64,000 bases of DNA from the NCBI GenBank assembly GCA_963664325.2, contig CAXXDQ010000009.1, positions 1-64,000 of the forward strand, given 5' to 3'. Source of the DNA: Desulfomonilia bacterium (GTDB lineage Bacteria > Desulfobacterota > Desulfomonilia > UBA1062). The first letter of the stretch is position 1, and the number at the start of each line of letters is the position of its first letter. The translations under genes and the position numbers were made by a program. The notes below the pieces were generated by a model. The model made no database searches. It was not told the origin of the DNA and saw only the letters and a program-made list of their open reading frames with translations. Shown one piece after another: positions 1 through 9,931 of the stretch.

Positions 1-2
1 TT

Positions 3-1220
3 CATAATTCCGGTGCAAAATTCTGCCTGCTTTCAAAGACAACCGCACCGAGATTATCGGGTATATCGTGCAAAACGGTAATCGGTCCGGAAACCGGCTT
101 CGATAACCCAGGCGGCAGGTATTTAAATTTTTCCATTGCGGATACGATGCCGGAAACAAGACCGTACATTAAGATAAAACCGGATTCCCTGGCGGCAATT
201 GTCTATACATCAGGCAGCACAGGCAAACCCAAAGGCGTTATGCTTACGCACGGTAACCTTGTTGCCAATACAAAATCCATAACAACCTATCTCGGCCTGA
301 CGCCATCCGACAGGGCGATGTCCATACTGCCGTTTTATTACGTATATGGCAAAACCGTCCTCAATACACATTTCAGCTCGGGCGGTTCGATTGTCATAAA
401 CAACAGGTTCGCTTTCCCCAACTCGGTAATCGACGAGATGGTAAAAAGAGAGGTGACGCTTTTTGCCGGCGTACCGTCCACTTTTGCCATTCTGCTCAAC
501 CGTTCGATATTTTCCAGAACAAATATCCCCAGCCTTCGCCTCGTCACCCAGGCCGGCGGCGCCATGGCGCCGGCTCTTACAAAAAGGCTTCTTGAAGTCC
601 TGAAAGAGGCGAAACTCTATGTCATGTACGGCGCAACCGAAGCATCGGCCCGCATTTCGTACTTGCCTCCTGAAAGGCTTACAGAGAAACTCGGTTCAAT
701 CGGCATACCCATTCCGGATGTCGAACTGAGTGTCAGAGATGACCACGGAGCGCTCATGCAGCCCTTTGTCGAAGGCAACATCTGCGCCTGCGGTCCCAAC
801 ATCATGAAGGGCTACTGGCATGATGCAGGTGAGACTGCAAAGGCGATCAGACCCTGGGGGCTTGTCACAGGGGACCTTGGCTATATGGACGACGAGGGTT
901 TTTTCTTCCTGACCGGCAGGAAAAAACAGATGCTCAAGATCGGCGGTGAGAGGGTATCGCCAAAGGAAATCGAGGACACGATAATAGAATCCCCTCACAT
1001 TCATGAGGCTGCCGTTATAGGAAAACCTGATGAACTGCTCGGCGAAGTTCCGATAGCCTTTATCGTACCGGTTGATGCAAAAACCTTCATTCTTGAGGAA
1101 CTTGTTTCCCACGTTAGGAACAGGCTTGCAGTGCACAAGCAGCCGAGGGAATGGAATATTATCAAAGGTCTGCCGAAAAAACCCTCCGGCAAGATAGACA
1201 AGGAGGCTCTAAAAAAATGA
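3..1220 (+). CDS. AMP-dependent acyl-CoA ligase / class I adenylate-forming enzyme (5'-partial, runs off the left edge)
   Basis: Motifs YTSGSTGKPKG, YGATE, TGDLG and PKKPSGKID. The frame is open upstream of the ATG at 147 back to position 3 (HNSGAKFCL...). Confidence 0.9.
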   Translation, partial: HNSGAKFCLLSKTTAPRLSGISCKTVIGPETGFDNPGGRYLNFSIADTMPETRPYIKIKPDSLAAIVYTSGSTGKPKGVMLTHGNLVANTKSITTYLGLTPSDRAMSILPFYYVYGKTVLNTHFSSGGSIVINNRFAFPNSVIDEMVKREVTLFAGVPSTFAILLNRSIFSRTNIPSLRLVTQAGGAMAPALTKRLLEVLKEAKLYVMYGATEASARISYLPPERLTEKLGSIGIPIPDVELSVRDDHGALMQPFVEGNICACGPNIMKGYWHDAGETAKAIRPWGLVTGDLGYMDDEGFFFLTGRKKQMLKIGGERVSPKEIEDTIIESPHIHEAAVIGKPDELLGEVPIAFIVPVDAKTFILEELVSHVRNRLAVHKQPREWNIIKGLPKKPSGKIDKEALKK

Positions 1221-2218
1221 ATACATGTTCAAAATGTGTTTTAGGCGATACATTTCCGGGTATAACGTTTGATGAATCCGGCGTCTGCAATTACTGCAAC
1301 AAAACCCCGATCCCGACACCTCATGAAAAGAAGGAGCACCTCATAAAGTTCGAACAGCTCCTTAATGAAAACAGGGGCAGAGCTGTCTTCGATGTGCTGC
1401 TGGCCTATTCAGGAGGCAAGGATTCGACCTACACGATGATGATGCTTGCCCAAAAATACAAAATGAACATCCTGGCCTTCACACTGGACAACGGGTTTGT
1501 CTCAGAGCAGGCCAAGAAGAACATCGTACACATGACAGACGGCCTTGGAGCCACCTCGGTATTCATAAGGCCGCCCTTCCCGCTTATGAAAAGCGCATTC
1601 GCAATGGCTGCGGCCAGAGATATATACAGCCCGAAGACACTGGACCGCGCCAGCTCCATCTGCACGACCTGCATCGGGCTTGTCAAGTCCATGATATTAA
1701 AGACCGCCTTGGCCTATGGAATACCCCTTGTCGCCTATGGCTGGTCACCGGGCCAGGCGCCGATTTCTTCCGCCATAATGCAGACAAATCCGAGGCTTCA
1801 GCGCATAACCCAGCGTACAGTCCGTGACCCGCTGCTCGCCGCTGCAGGACAGGGCCTAGGCAAGTATTTCCTGAGTGATGACGATTTGAATATTGACGCC
1901 GCACGCTGGCCTGTAAATATCCATCCTCTTGCATTCATGGATTATGACGAGGATAAAATCATTGAGGTCATAAAAGGCATGGGCTGGGTGAAGCCCCTTG
2001 ATACTGATCCCAACTCTTCAAACTGCCTCCTCAATGCACTTGCGAATTATGTCCACAGAAGGCGCTTCAACTTCCACCCATACGCCTGGGAGATTGCGGG
2101 CATTGTCCGTTCCGGTCAGATGAACCGTGAAGACGGCATTGAAAAGGTCACGCAGGACGAAGATCTGAACATGGTGAAATATGCGGCTGATCTGCTTGAA
2201 GTTAAGGTATTGGGATAG
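1217..2218 (+). CDS. PP-loop (SGGKDS) N-acetyl-sugar amidotransferase-like / WbpG-like ATPase
   Basis: N-terminal CxxC...GITFDESGVCNYC, SGGKDS loop and CTTC. The ATG at 1217 overlaps the upstream stop (ATGA). Confidence 0.7.
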   Translation: MNTCSKCVLGDTFPGITFDESGVCNYCNKTPIPTPHEKKEHLIKFEQLLNENRGRAVFDVLLAYSGGKDSTYTMMMLAQKYKMNILAFTLDNGFVSEQAKKNIVHMTDGLGATSVFIRPPFPLMKSAFAMAAARDIYSPKTLDRASSICTTCIGLVKSMILKTALAYGIPLVAYGWSPGQAPISSAIMQTNPRLQRITQRTVRDPLLAAAGQGLGKYFLSDDDLNIDAARWPVNIHPLAFMDYDEDKIIEVIKGMGWVKPLDTDPNSSNCLLNALANYVHRRRFNFHPYAWEIAGIVRSGQMNREDGIEKVTQDEDLNMVKYAADLLEVKVLG

Positions 2219-2258
2219 TTGCGACAAACCATGATTACCCGATGGTTGAACCGGCGTT

Positions 2259-4565
2259 TCACTCGGCCTGCACTTGCCCCGGCTGTCTAAGAACTTTTTC
2301 AATTATCTCCCTCAGCTTTTCCATTCTATATGGCTTTTGGATGAAGCCTGACAGTCCTCTGTCTTCAAAGCGTCTGGTTGCCTCCTCCTCGCTGTAACCA
2401 CTCAAGAGGATCACCCTGCAGTCCGGATTGATCTTTCTCAGTCCGTCAAATGTTGCTACACCATCAAGATCCGGCATGAGATAGTCAAGGAGTACAAGAT
2501 CAATTTTCGCATTGTGCTCCTGATATAACCGGAAGGCCTCATCCCCCCCATTTGCAGCAAATACCTTAAATCCAAGTTGAGCCAGGAATTCAGAGCCTAT
2601 ATAGCGGATATCATCTTCATCATCGATAAGCAGGACCGTCCCGGACAAGGACGGTTTGTTGTTGACGGTTGAAGGCCCTGCGATACCATCTATCGAGTGG
2701 TCTGCCTCTGGAAACAGTACTCTGATTGTCGTACCCTTGCCGGGGTTGCTCTGAACAAAAATATTTCCGCTATGATTCCTTAAAATACCGTGGACCGCTG
2801 CCAGGCCAAGCCCCCTGCCTGTAAATTTGGTTGAAAAGAACGGCTCGAACATTTTATTCTTTATAACTTCATCCATGCCGCATCCTGTATCCTCCACCTC
2901 GAAAAATACATAATTGCCCGGCAAGGGTTTTTCATCAAAGACGCTTTCCTTAAGCATATCCTCATCATACTGCATAGAACCGCTTGAAATGGTGATCGTT
3001 CCGGAATTGTCCCCGATGGCCTCGGCGGCATTCAGGATCAGGTTCATAATTACCTGCTGAACCTGGGTTTTATCAGCTTTGATATAGGGCAGCTTTTCAT
3101 CCAGTTTTGCAACCAGCCTGACATTTTTTGTGACAGATGATTCAATGAGCGCGATATTTTCTTTGACCATTAAACTCAACTCAATACTTTCGACTATATA
3201 TTTTCCCTGTCCCGAGTATGCGAGCAACTGCCTAGTCAGATCTGCTGCGCGGGCGCATGTGTCGATGGCGAGTTTGATGTTGGGAAGGAGCCTGGAATCC
3301 GCAGGCAGGCTAAACGAGGTGAGTTCGAGGCTTCCCATGATTACCAGGAGCATGTTGTTGAAGTCATGAGCGACTCCACCAGCCAGAATGCCTATACTTT
3401 CCAGCTTCTGGGCCTTGAACAGCTGCCTTTGCAGCTCAAGCCTTTCTGCTTCAGCATGCTTCCGCCTGGTTATATCATGCCCCTGGGCAATTGTAGCAAC
3501 AGGCGTCTTCCCATCCCGATGATAAATTGTCGCAGAATTCCACAACACAGTGCGTACAGACCCATCTGAATGGGCTATTGCGATTTCAACGGTTTCCCAC
3601 CTTTCTCCTTCAAATGTCCTTTTGATCAGGTCCATCGTTTTTTCAACAAGCTCGGGAGGGAAGAGGATTTCTATGGGTTTTCCGATAACATCCTCCCTTT
3701 TTTTGCCGGTTAGATTTTCAAAGGCCTTATTGAACCTTGTTATTCTGAATTTAGGATTCCAAACGATGATTGGAGCGTTGGCGTAATTGAAGAGGTTTTC
3801 AAGATACTCATTAACCTGGCGAAGATTTTCCTCGGCCTTCTTTCTCTCGGCAATCTCTACACTAAGCGTTGCCACCAGCACTTCCTTGTCTTTTGAGTCT
3901 TCAGTTGCCTTTACGATCAGCCTGCGGTTGATCATTGTAATCAATGAAAATGTGAGCAGGAAGACCAGTATGATGGTAGCCATAATAAGCAGCGTGGGGA
4001 TAGTGCCGGACTTGAAAAACACATTTCCGTGTTTTGTCAGGAGGAGATCCATTATCCTTAGGAAAGAGACAATAACTAATGCCAAAAAAACATAGGCGGT
4101 GTTGCGAGTTATCGCCCGTAATTCCTCGTCCACCCTGAAATAAAGGAGATAGAATGACTGTATGGAATAGATTATGTTCATTGCAAAAAGATTTATGGTC
4201 CTTCCGGTCATGTTCGGTTTTATAAATGTGAAATAAACATGAATAATAATGGACAGGCCGAGCAGAATGTAGTTATGAACCTGAAGGCTTTTTTTCCCTA
4301 CAAAACGTCCCAGGCCTATGTATATTATTAGAATTCCTGACATAATCAGGGGTATGCCCAAAACGATTGAAAAAGGGTTTTCTGTCGCCGCTCCGACAAA
4401 CACAAACAGAAGCCCTATCATCTGCAGGACATAATCAATCAGCCACAGGCCAATGCCGTCAAACCTATTCCTGTTCTGCAGCCAGAAAGGAAACAGGACA
4501 AAGGTAATAATTACATTGCTGATCAAATAGATGAATAAGACGGTTCTCATGTCGAGTGCAGACAT
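2259..4565 (-). CDS. Membrane-bound hybrid sensor histidine kinase (multi-TM, PAS, HisKA, HATPase, REC)
   Basis: About 7 hydrophobic segments, a PAS region, H-box GGVAHDFNN, N/G boxes NAAEA, DTGCG, FFSTKFTGRGLGL, and a receiver domain (LIDDE, LLDYLMP, IQKPY). Confidence 0.92.
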   Translation of the reverse strand: MSALDMRTVLFIYLISNVIITFVLFPFWLQNRNRFDGIGLWLIDYVLQMIGLLFVFVGAATENPFSIVLGIPLIMSGILIIYIGLGRFVGKKSLQVHNYILLGLSIIIHVYFTFIKPNMTGRTINLFAMNIIYSIQSFYLLYFRVDEELRAITRNTAYVFLALVIVSFLRIMDLLLTKHGNVFFKSGTIPTLLIMATIILVFLLTFSLITMINRRLIVKATEDSKDKEVLVATLSVEIAERKKAEENLRQVNEYLENLFNYANAPIIVWNPKFRITRFNKAFENLTGKKREDVIGKPIEILFPPELVEKTMDLIKRTFEGERWETVEIAIAHSDGSVRTVLWNSATIYHRDGKTPVATIAQGHDITRRKHAEAERLELQRQLFKAQKLESIGILAGGVAHDFNNMLLVIMGSLELTSFSLPADSRLLPNIKLAIDTCARAADLTRQLLAYSGQGKYIVESIELSLMVKENIALIESSVTKNVRLVAKLDEKLPYIKADKTQVQQVIMNLILNAAEAIGDNSGTITISSGSMQYDEDMLKESVFDEKPLPGNYVFFEVEDTGCGMDEVIKNKMFEPFFSTKFTGRGLGLAAVHGILRNHSGNIFVQSNPGKGTTIRVLFPEADHSIDGIAGPSTVNNKPSLSGTVLLIDDEDDIRYIGSEFLAQLGFKVFAANGGDEAFRLYQEHNAKIDLVLLDYLMPDLDGVATFDGLRKINPDCRVILLSGYSEEEATRRFEDRGLSGFIQKPYRMEKLREIIEKVLRQPGQVQAE

Positions 4566-4672
4566 CTTTCATAACTCCTGTTCATGAATTTTCTGTTGAT
4601 AAAAACATTTCTTTTAAGTTTACCAACGAACCTCCCTTAAACATTTTTCCTTGAAACGGATATTTAGAAATC

Positions 4673-4699
4673 TATCGGCTATTAGGAAGGCATTCTTGA
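4673..4699 (-). promoter_or_regulatory. Putative sigma28 (FliA)-type promoter upstream of the hybrid kinase
   Basis: Minus strand reads TCAAG-N15-GCCGATA, about 110 nt upstream of the start. Confidence 0.4.
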
Positions 4700-4934
4700 A
4701 TATGTTTCAGAACCTTGGAATGGGCCGTGTTTTTTGAGAGGCAGTATTACTGGTATAAATATCCGCACGGAAACGGGAAGGAATTCTCTTCAATTTATCC
4801 GGCCAGACGCACGATCTGACGCCAGTTGAACATATCTGATGATATATAACCGGAGAAGTTTATGGAATCCAGGATAAAAACATAGTTTTCAGATCCTAGA
4901 AAATATGAAGTTAAATACAATAGAGAGAAAAGAA

Positions 4935-4956
4935 AAAGGGGCTTGTCAGCCCCTTT
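4935..4956 (-). terminator. Rho-independent terminator
   Basis: AAAGGGGCT-tgtc-AGCCCCTTT hairpin with a T-rich tail on the minus strand, right after the stop at 4960. Confidence 0.75.
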
Positions 4957-4959
4957 CAC

Positions 4960-6315
4960 TCATTTTCCTTTCAGGATCGCCTCGATATAACTTTTGGAAT
5001 AAATACCAGCCGGTCTAAAGAGTTCTCCGAGCAGGACATTCATTTTATCAATGCACTGCTGGCCTTTGTCTTTCAAAACTATCTCCATGATCTTATCGGT
5101 ACCAGGAAGGTCATTGAACTCCACCTTAGGGTCACTTACATACATCGGCGGCATGCATTCCACCAAATCCCTGTCTGTTTCCTTAGCACGGCTGGCAGCC
5201 ATTTTTGATACCTTGTCTCTCGGAACATTGTCATTGTAAACAGGCACCTGTGAAACGGACTTGACCGAGGTGATCATAGGATTTTCCGTATCATTCCTGT
5301 TATATACATCCCGGATTGCATATTTCTGATATTTTTCCAGGGCGCCGTGCCTGTTGGATACGATCTGAATGGCATCCTTTTTGGCCTGGCCCATCCCTGC
5401 CATTGCTTTCGTGTTTATCCACAGCATCCTGGCCGTGCTGACGCCGGGAAGCACTACAGAATGATATGGCATGCTGATATCTGTGAGATAATGCAGCCCC
5501 AATCCCATGAAGCGCCATCCCCAGTAGTCATGGCCGGTTTTGAACGCATACTCGGAGAGTACCTTGAACTGATGGATTCTGTATTCGGGATATGTCTCCT
5601 TTAAAAAACCAGCCAGCGCATAAACAATGCCTGCCTCGTTATAAAAACCCATGTGAAACGGCCCCTGGCTGCTGTACTCGAGATTCGGGTTGCCAAAAGG
5701 CTGCTTTCCGAAATTCAGCTTTTTACCCTGCTCTGTATTGCTGTCTTCAAACAATCCGATGTCTATCCCCAGGTCAGGCTCGTCAGTAGCTGTTCCCAGA
5801 ACATCGAGTACACTGGCAGCTTCTCCTGGAAACAGGCTGAGATATGTCTTATCGTCAATATCAGACAGATCTTTCAAATATGTAAGACCTGAACCTGTTA
5901 CGACAACCGCCTTAGAGAACATGTGCCAAGACATCTGCCTTATATATAGGGCATAATAATAGCGATCGCTTATTCTGACTGCATCACAAAAACGTTTTAT
6001 CGCCTCTTTCGGGTCATTGGAAGCTTTGAATAAAAGGGCATCTGGCACCGGCCGGTAATTTTTAAGATTTTTTCTATTCCATTCCTCATCAGATTTCAAA
6101 ACCTTTTCAAGGCCTTTGCCCTCGGAAACAAGGAAACTCCCGAGCGTTTCAGCCTTTACAGGTTTTGCTTTCATCACTTCAGGCATCGTCTGAAGCATTG
6201 GAATAAGGATCAGTTCATGGTCAGACCAGGCAAATGCCGGAACTGCGTAAACAGATGCCAGCAACAGGGCAGTGAAAAGCGCCGGGATAATATTATAAAA
6301 TCTCTTCATCATCAT
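4960..6315 (-). CDS. Secreted phospholipase C / P1 nuclease-fold zinc protein
   Basis: Signal peptide ending AFA, then W-S-D-H at the mature N-terminus. Also DEPD, GLHYLTDISMPYH and HGALE zinc-ligand patterns. Confidence 0.65.
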   Translation of the reverse strand: MMMKRFYNIIPALFTALLLASVYAVPAFAWSDHELILIPMLQTMPEVMKAKPVKAETLGSFLVSEGKGLEKVLKSDEEWNRKNLKNYRPVPDALLFKASNDPKEAIKRFCDAVRISDRYYYALYIRQMSWHMFSKAVVVTGSGLTYLKDLSDIDDKTYLSLFPGEAASVLDVLGTATDEPDLGIDIGLFEDSNTEQGKKLNFGKQPFGNPNLEYSSQGPFHMGFYNEAGIVYALAGFLKETYPEYRIHQFKVLSEYAFKTGHDYWGWRFMGLGLHYLTDISMPYHSVVLPGVSTARMLWINTKAMAGMGQAKKDAIQIVSNRHGALEKYQKYAIRDVYNRNDTENPMITSVKSVSQVPVYNDNVPRDKVSKMAASRAKETDRDLVECMPPMYVSDPKVEFNDLPGTDKIMEIVLKDKGQQCIDKMNVLLGELFRPAGIYSKSYIEAILKGK

Positions 6316-6373
6316 ATCCTCCTGTCCTTTTAATAAAACCTTAAAGAAGTATTTTTAACACTGATGCCTGTTC

Positions 6374-7939
6374 TTAGCTGTTCAATCTCTTATACATTGC
6401 CTTGTTCTGTTTGTATATGTTCACGAACTCCCCGAAAAGCTTATCGTACACCTTCCTGTTCGCCGGATTTGGTTTGTATGTGCTTCTGTACTCAATAAGA
6501 TCGGGGATATCGGTAAACTTTATATGCCCAAGGCCGACTGAGGCGATGAAAGCCGCCCCCCGCGCATTTGCCTGCATCGGATCCCTGACCTGGCGGATTG
6601 TCCTGTCAAGCACATCGGCGAAAATCTGACACCACAGGTCGGACTTTGCACCGCCGCCGATAATATTCAGCGGATCAAGTTTTCTGCCGACAAATTTCTC
6701 GACATACATGTGGCTCCAGCGGGTATTGTAGGCCACACCCTCCATCACTGCCCTCAACATGTCATCCTGGGTAGTCGTCTTGGAGACATTGTATATTCCG
6801 GCCCTGAGGCAATTGTCATCTACGGGCGTGCGCTCACCGTTAAGCCAAGGTGTGAATATGAGATTATTGCTTCCCGGAGGAACGGTTTCGGCTATCTGGT
6901 TTAAGGCTTCATAACGGTCGACACCTTCCACAATTCCCTTGAGTCTGTTTTCATGAAAAATTATGTTATCAAACAGGAAATTGACTGCGCCCCCGGCTAT
7001 ATCCTGCTCATTTACGCTCTGGTATTTGCCCGGAATGGCTGTGGGAAACGAAGCGATCGAATGCAGCATGTCTGTCTTCTTGAACGGCACGATACACTGA
7101 ACCCATGATGAAGTGCCTATGTAGATGTGGCCTTCAAAATCCCTGACCGCACCGGAACCCACAAGTGCGCATTGATGGTCCGGCGATCCCATTACAACGA
7201 CTGTGTCCCGGTTCAGTCCAATCTCATCGGCAATTTCAGGCAATACTTTTCCAAGGATATCGGTTGAATACTTCATCGGAGGAAGTTTTTCCCTGTCTAT
7301 TCCGGAACGCTTGATGAGCTCGTCGTCGTATCTGATGTTGTTTATATCCCTGATGTCGGTAACCCAGAAAAGGTGCATGGAATCATAAGATGCGGCAAAC
7401 TCCCCAGTCAGCCTCAGATTGAGATAATCCTTGCTGGGCAGAAACATGTGGGTATTTTCATAAATTTCAGGAAATTCATTTTTTACCAGAAGCACATGCG
7501 CAATGTCATCCTTGCCTGAAAGGGTAGGTCCTCCCGCTGTTTTGGGGATCCATTTCATTATCTTGAAAAGCCCGTAGCCTTCAATGCTTGGAAAACCGCT
7601 CATAAGCTTTTCTATATGCGGCGCACCTCTTGAATCCATCCATGTTATCGAATTCATCAGGTGTCTGCCTTTTTTATCAACTGCAACGGTACTTGAAAAC
7701 GTGCTTGAAACACAGGCGGCCACGACATCATCTTTTTTGACTCCGCCGTTTTCCATAAGCCTTTTTGAGGCCTTTACCAGAGCCGACCACCATTCCTCAG
7801 GGTCCTGTTCCGCACCGCCTTTGGGCAGAAAATAAATGGGGGTCTTTTCATACTCGAATGCCGTTACCTGACCATGAATGGAAATGAGGGATGCCTTGAT
7901 CCCTGATGTGCCGTGATCGATTGAAAGGACATATTTCAT
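6374..7939 (-). CDS. FGGY-family carbohydrate kinase (xylulokinase-like)
   Basis: IDHGTSGIK, EQDP..WW, ITWMDSR, YIGTS, PWLNGERTP, GGGAKSDLWCQIFAD. Confidence 0.9.
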   Translation of the reverse strand: MKYVLSIDHGTSGIKASLISIHGQVTAFEYEKTPIYFLPKGGAEQDPEEWWSALVKASKRLMENGGVKKDDVVAACVSSTFSSTVAVDKKGRHLMNSITWMDSRGAPHIEKLMSGFPSIEGYGLFKIMKWIPKTAGGPTLSGKDDIAHVLLVKNEFPEIYENTHMFLPSKDYLNLRLTGEFAASYDSMHLFWVTDIRDINNIRYDDELIKRSGIDREKLPPMKYSTDILGKVLPEIADEIGLNRDTVVVMGSPDHQCALVGSGAVRDFEGHIYIGTSSWVQCIVPFKKTDMLHSIASFPTAIPGKYQSVNEQDIAGGAVNFLFDNIIFHENRLKGIVEGVDRYEALNQIAETVPPGSNNLIFTPWLNGERTPVDDNCLRAGIYNVSKTTTQDDMLRAVMEGVAYNTRWSHMYVEKFVGRKLDPLNIIGGGAKSDLWCQIFADVLDRTIRQVRDPMQANARGAAFIASVGLGHIKFTDIPDLIEYRSTYKPNPANRKVYDKLFGEFVNIYKQNKAMYKRLNS

Positions 7940-7993
7940 AACACCTCCTCTTTTGAAAAGGAAAGGGGCATTAAATCCACGCCCCTTGAAATT

Positions 7994-9211
7994 CTATATA
8001 TCCAGAGTGGTTATTTTCCCGGTCTCATCGACGCTCTGAACGATAATTCCTCCGAACGAATCGCCTCCCTCCTTCTTTTTGTCCAGGTCCATAACCCTCG
8101 GGAGAAGTTCTATGAAGTCTGAAGGCTTCATGCACGCCTCAGGGGGCAGAACCCCCTTGTCTGTGATCTTGCCTTCCTGCATCATGATAACACCCATTGC
8201 CGCAGGAATGCCCGTGCCTTCGCCAAGCGCCTGGCTCTGTGACGCAAGGTGGAAGCGGTACTCTTTGTACTTGCCGTCTTTCTTTCCCTTCACAACCACC
8301 GAAGCACACCCCTTCTGCGATCCGAAATTCGTCTTTTTTATGATCCTTTCACGCTCGCGGATAATATAGGCCACGGCAAAGTCATAGGGAGTAACCTTCA
8401 CACCCTTTACATCAATCTCCTCTTTACTGGAAAGACCAAGCCCGCAGAGGTCGCGTGTAAGGTTATAATATTCGTTAGGAACCACCGAACCCTTGTTTGT
8501 TACCTGCCTGACTTTGAGATACCGCGGCATTGTGACCTGTTCGGGATGAGGGTAAGGATAGAGGGGCACTTCGCCAAGCACCGGGAACTCGAAGCTCTGT
8601 CTTAATGCAATTCCGCTCGGTTCGAAGTATTTTACATATTTGAGCTCGCCGTCAAGGAACATGGGACAATCAATTGTCATGCAGTGAAAGCGATGGCCTA
8701 TAACCCCTTCGCCCTCGAAAGGCTCCCCGCCGTGGGCATGGAATATATCTATTGAGACTGTTTCATCCAGCATTTCATATGCAAATTTACCGAGCAGGTT
8801 CGTAGCCCCGGGTGAATTGCCCATGCCGATAAGGGCAAGAATCCCAGCGTCTTTAGCCTTTTTATCCCAATCAAGGATTTCCAGAGTTACATCAACATCA
8901 TCACAGATATCGATGTAGTTTATCTTTTCTTCAATAACTACTGACAATATCTGCTTGACTGTTTTAAAAAACGGACCGACACAGTTAAGGACAACGTCTG
9001 ATCCCTTAATGGCTGACTTTACGGTATGCGGGTCTTCCGCATCAAATCCGACAGCCTTTACCTTTGTCCCTATCGATGCGGCAAGTTCTTCTGCGCGTTT
9101 AAGGTTTATGTCCGCAATGACAACTTCGGAAAAAGTATCCTGTCTTGCAAGAGTCTTTACCGCTATAGTACCGACCGCACCGCAACCTCCTAATACTACC
9201 ACCTTGGCCAT
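7994..9211 (-). CDS. Saccharopine dehydrogenase-family NAD(P)-dependent oxidoreductase
   Basis: Rossmann motif VLGGCGAVG, NCVGPF, YIDICDD, GNSPG, HPEQ and GVLPPE. Confidence 0.85.
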   Translation of the reverse strand: MAKVVVLGGCGAVGTIAVKTLARQDTFSEVVIADINLKRAEELAASIGTKVKAVGFDAEDPHTVKSAIKGSDVVLNCVGPFFKTVKQILSVVIEEKINYIDICDDVDVTLEILDWDKKAKDAGILALIGMGNSPGATNLLGKFAYEMLDETVSIDIFHAHGGEPFEGEGVIGHRFHCMTIDCPMFLDGELKYVKYFEPSGIALRQSFEFPVLGEVPLYPYPHPEQVTMPRYLKVRQVTNKGSVVPNEYYNLTRDLCGLGLSSKEEIDVKGVKVTPYDFAVAYIIRERERIIKKTNFGSQKGCASVVVKGKKDGKYKEYRFHLASQSQALGEGTGIPAAMGVIMMQEGKITDKGVLPPEACMKPSDFIELLPRVMDLDKKKEGGDSFGGIIVQSVDETGKITTLDI

Positions 9212-9247
9212 GGTTTATCCCCTTTCAATATTATTCTTACCTTATTA

Positions 9248-9276
9248 AATTTAACTTAGTTAATGATACTTGTCAA
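9248..9276 (-). promoter_or_regulatory. Sigma70 promoter overlapped by a palindromic operator (probable TetR site)
   Basis: TTGACA-17 nt-TAAATT on the minus strand. Palindrome TTAACT-T-AGTTAA at 9251-9263 covers the spacer and -10 region. Confidence 0.6.
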
Positions 9277-9923
9277 AAAGATTTCGGCTTCTGTTTGAAA
9301 TTAAGTTTTGCAAGGAATGCATCAATAAGGCTGTTGTACATGTCCTCAGGGTTGCCGGTGGTGTAATTAATTATCTTACTGTTATAAAGAGACACCATTC
9401 CATGAAGCATGCTCCATACTCCAACAAGGTCAATCCGGACGCTTTCGTCTGCCTCTCTTCTTTCTGTAAATGCGGCTATTTCCCTCATCACAAAGTCCAC
9501 AATCTGCATTGATATCCTGTATTCAACTTCAGAGAGCTTTTCAAGAGCAGTGCCGATAAAATCATTATATTTGGGTGTCGGGTATGTGAACATGATGTTA
9601 TAATAGCCCGTGTTCTTAAAACCAAAGGAAAGATAAGCCCTGGCAAGCTGTTTTGCTCTTTCTCCAGGCTCTTTATACTTGATAATCACGTCCTGCATAA
9701 TATTGTTGAGCATATTAAATCCTCTGATTACCAGGTGAATATAGATTTCATCCTTGCTCTTGTAATAGTTGTATATATTAGGCGCCGTCATGTTAAGCTT
9801 GGATGCAAGCCTTCGCATGGTGAGGTTTCCGTATCCCTCACTCACTATTATATCCAGAGCCACATCCAGTATCCGCCCCTTGACATCCTCGATTTCCTTG
9901 AGTTCCCTGGGCTTCTTCATCAT
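9273..9923 (-). CDS. TetR/AcrR family transcriptional regulator
   Basis: HTH GYGNLTMRRLASKLNMTAPNIYNYYKSKDEI and a WHG-like C-terminus (WSMLHG). Confidence 0.92.
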   Translation of the reverse strand: MMKKPRELKEIEDVKGRILDVALDIIVSEGYGNLTMRRLASKLNMTAPNIYNYYKSKDEIYIHLVIRGFNMLNNIMQDVIIKYKEPGERAKQLARAYLSFGFKNTGYYNIMFTYPTPKYNDFIGTALEKLSEVEYRISMQIVDFVMREIAAFTERREADESVRIDLVGVWSMLHGMVSLYNSKIINYTTGNPEDMYNSLIDAFLAKLNFKQKPKSF

Positions 9924-9931
9924 TATCCTTT

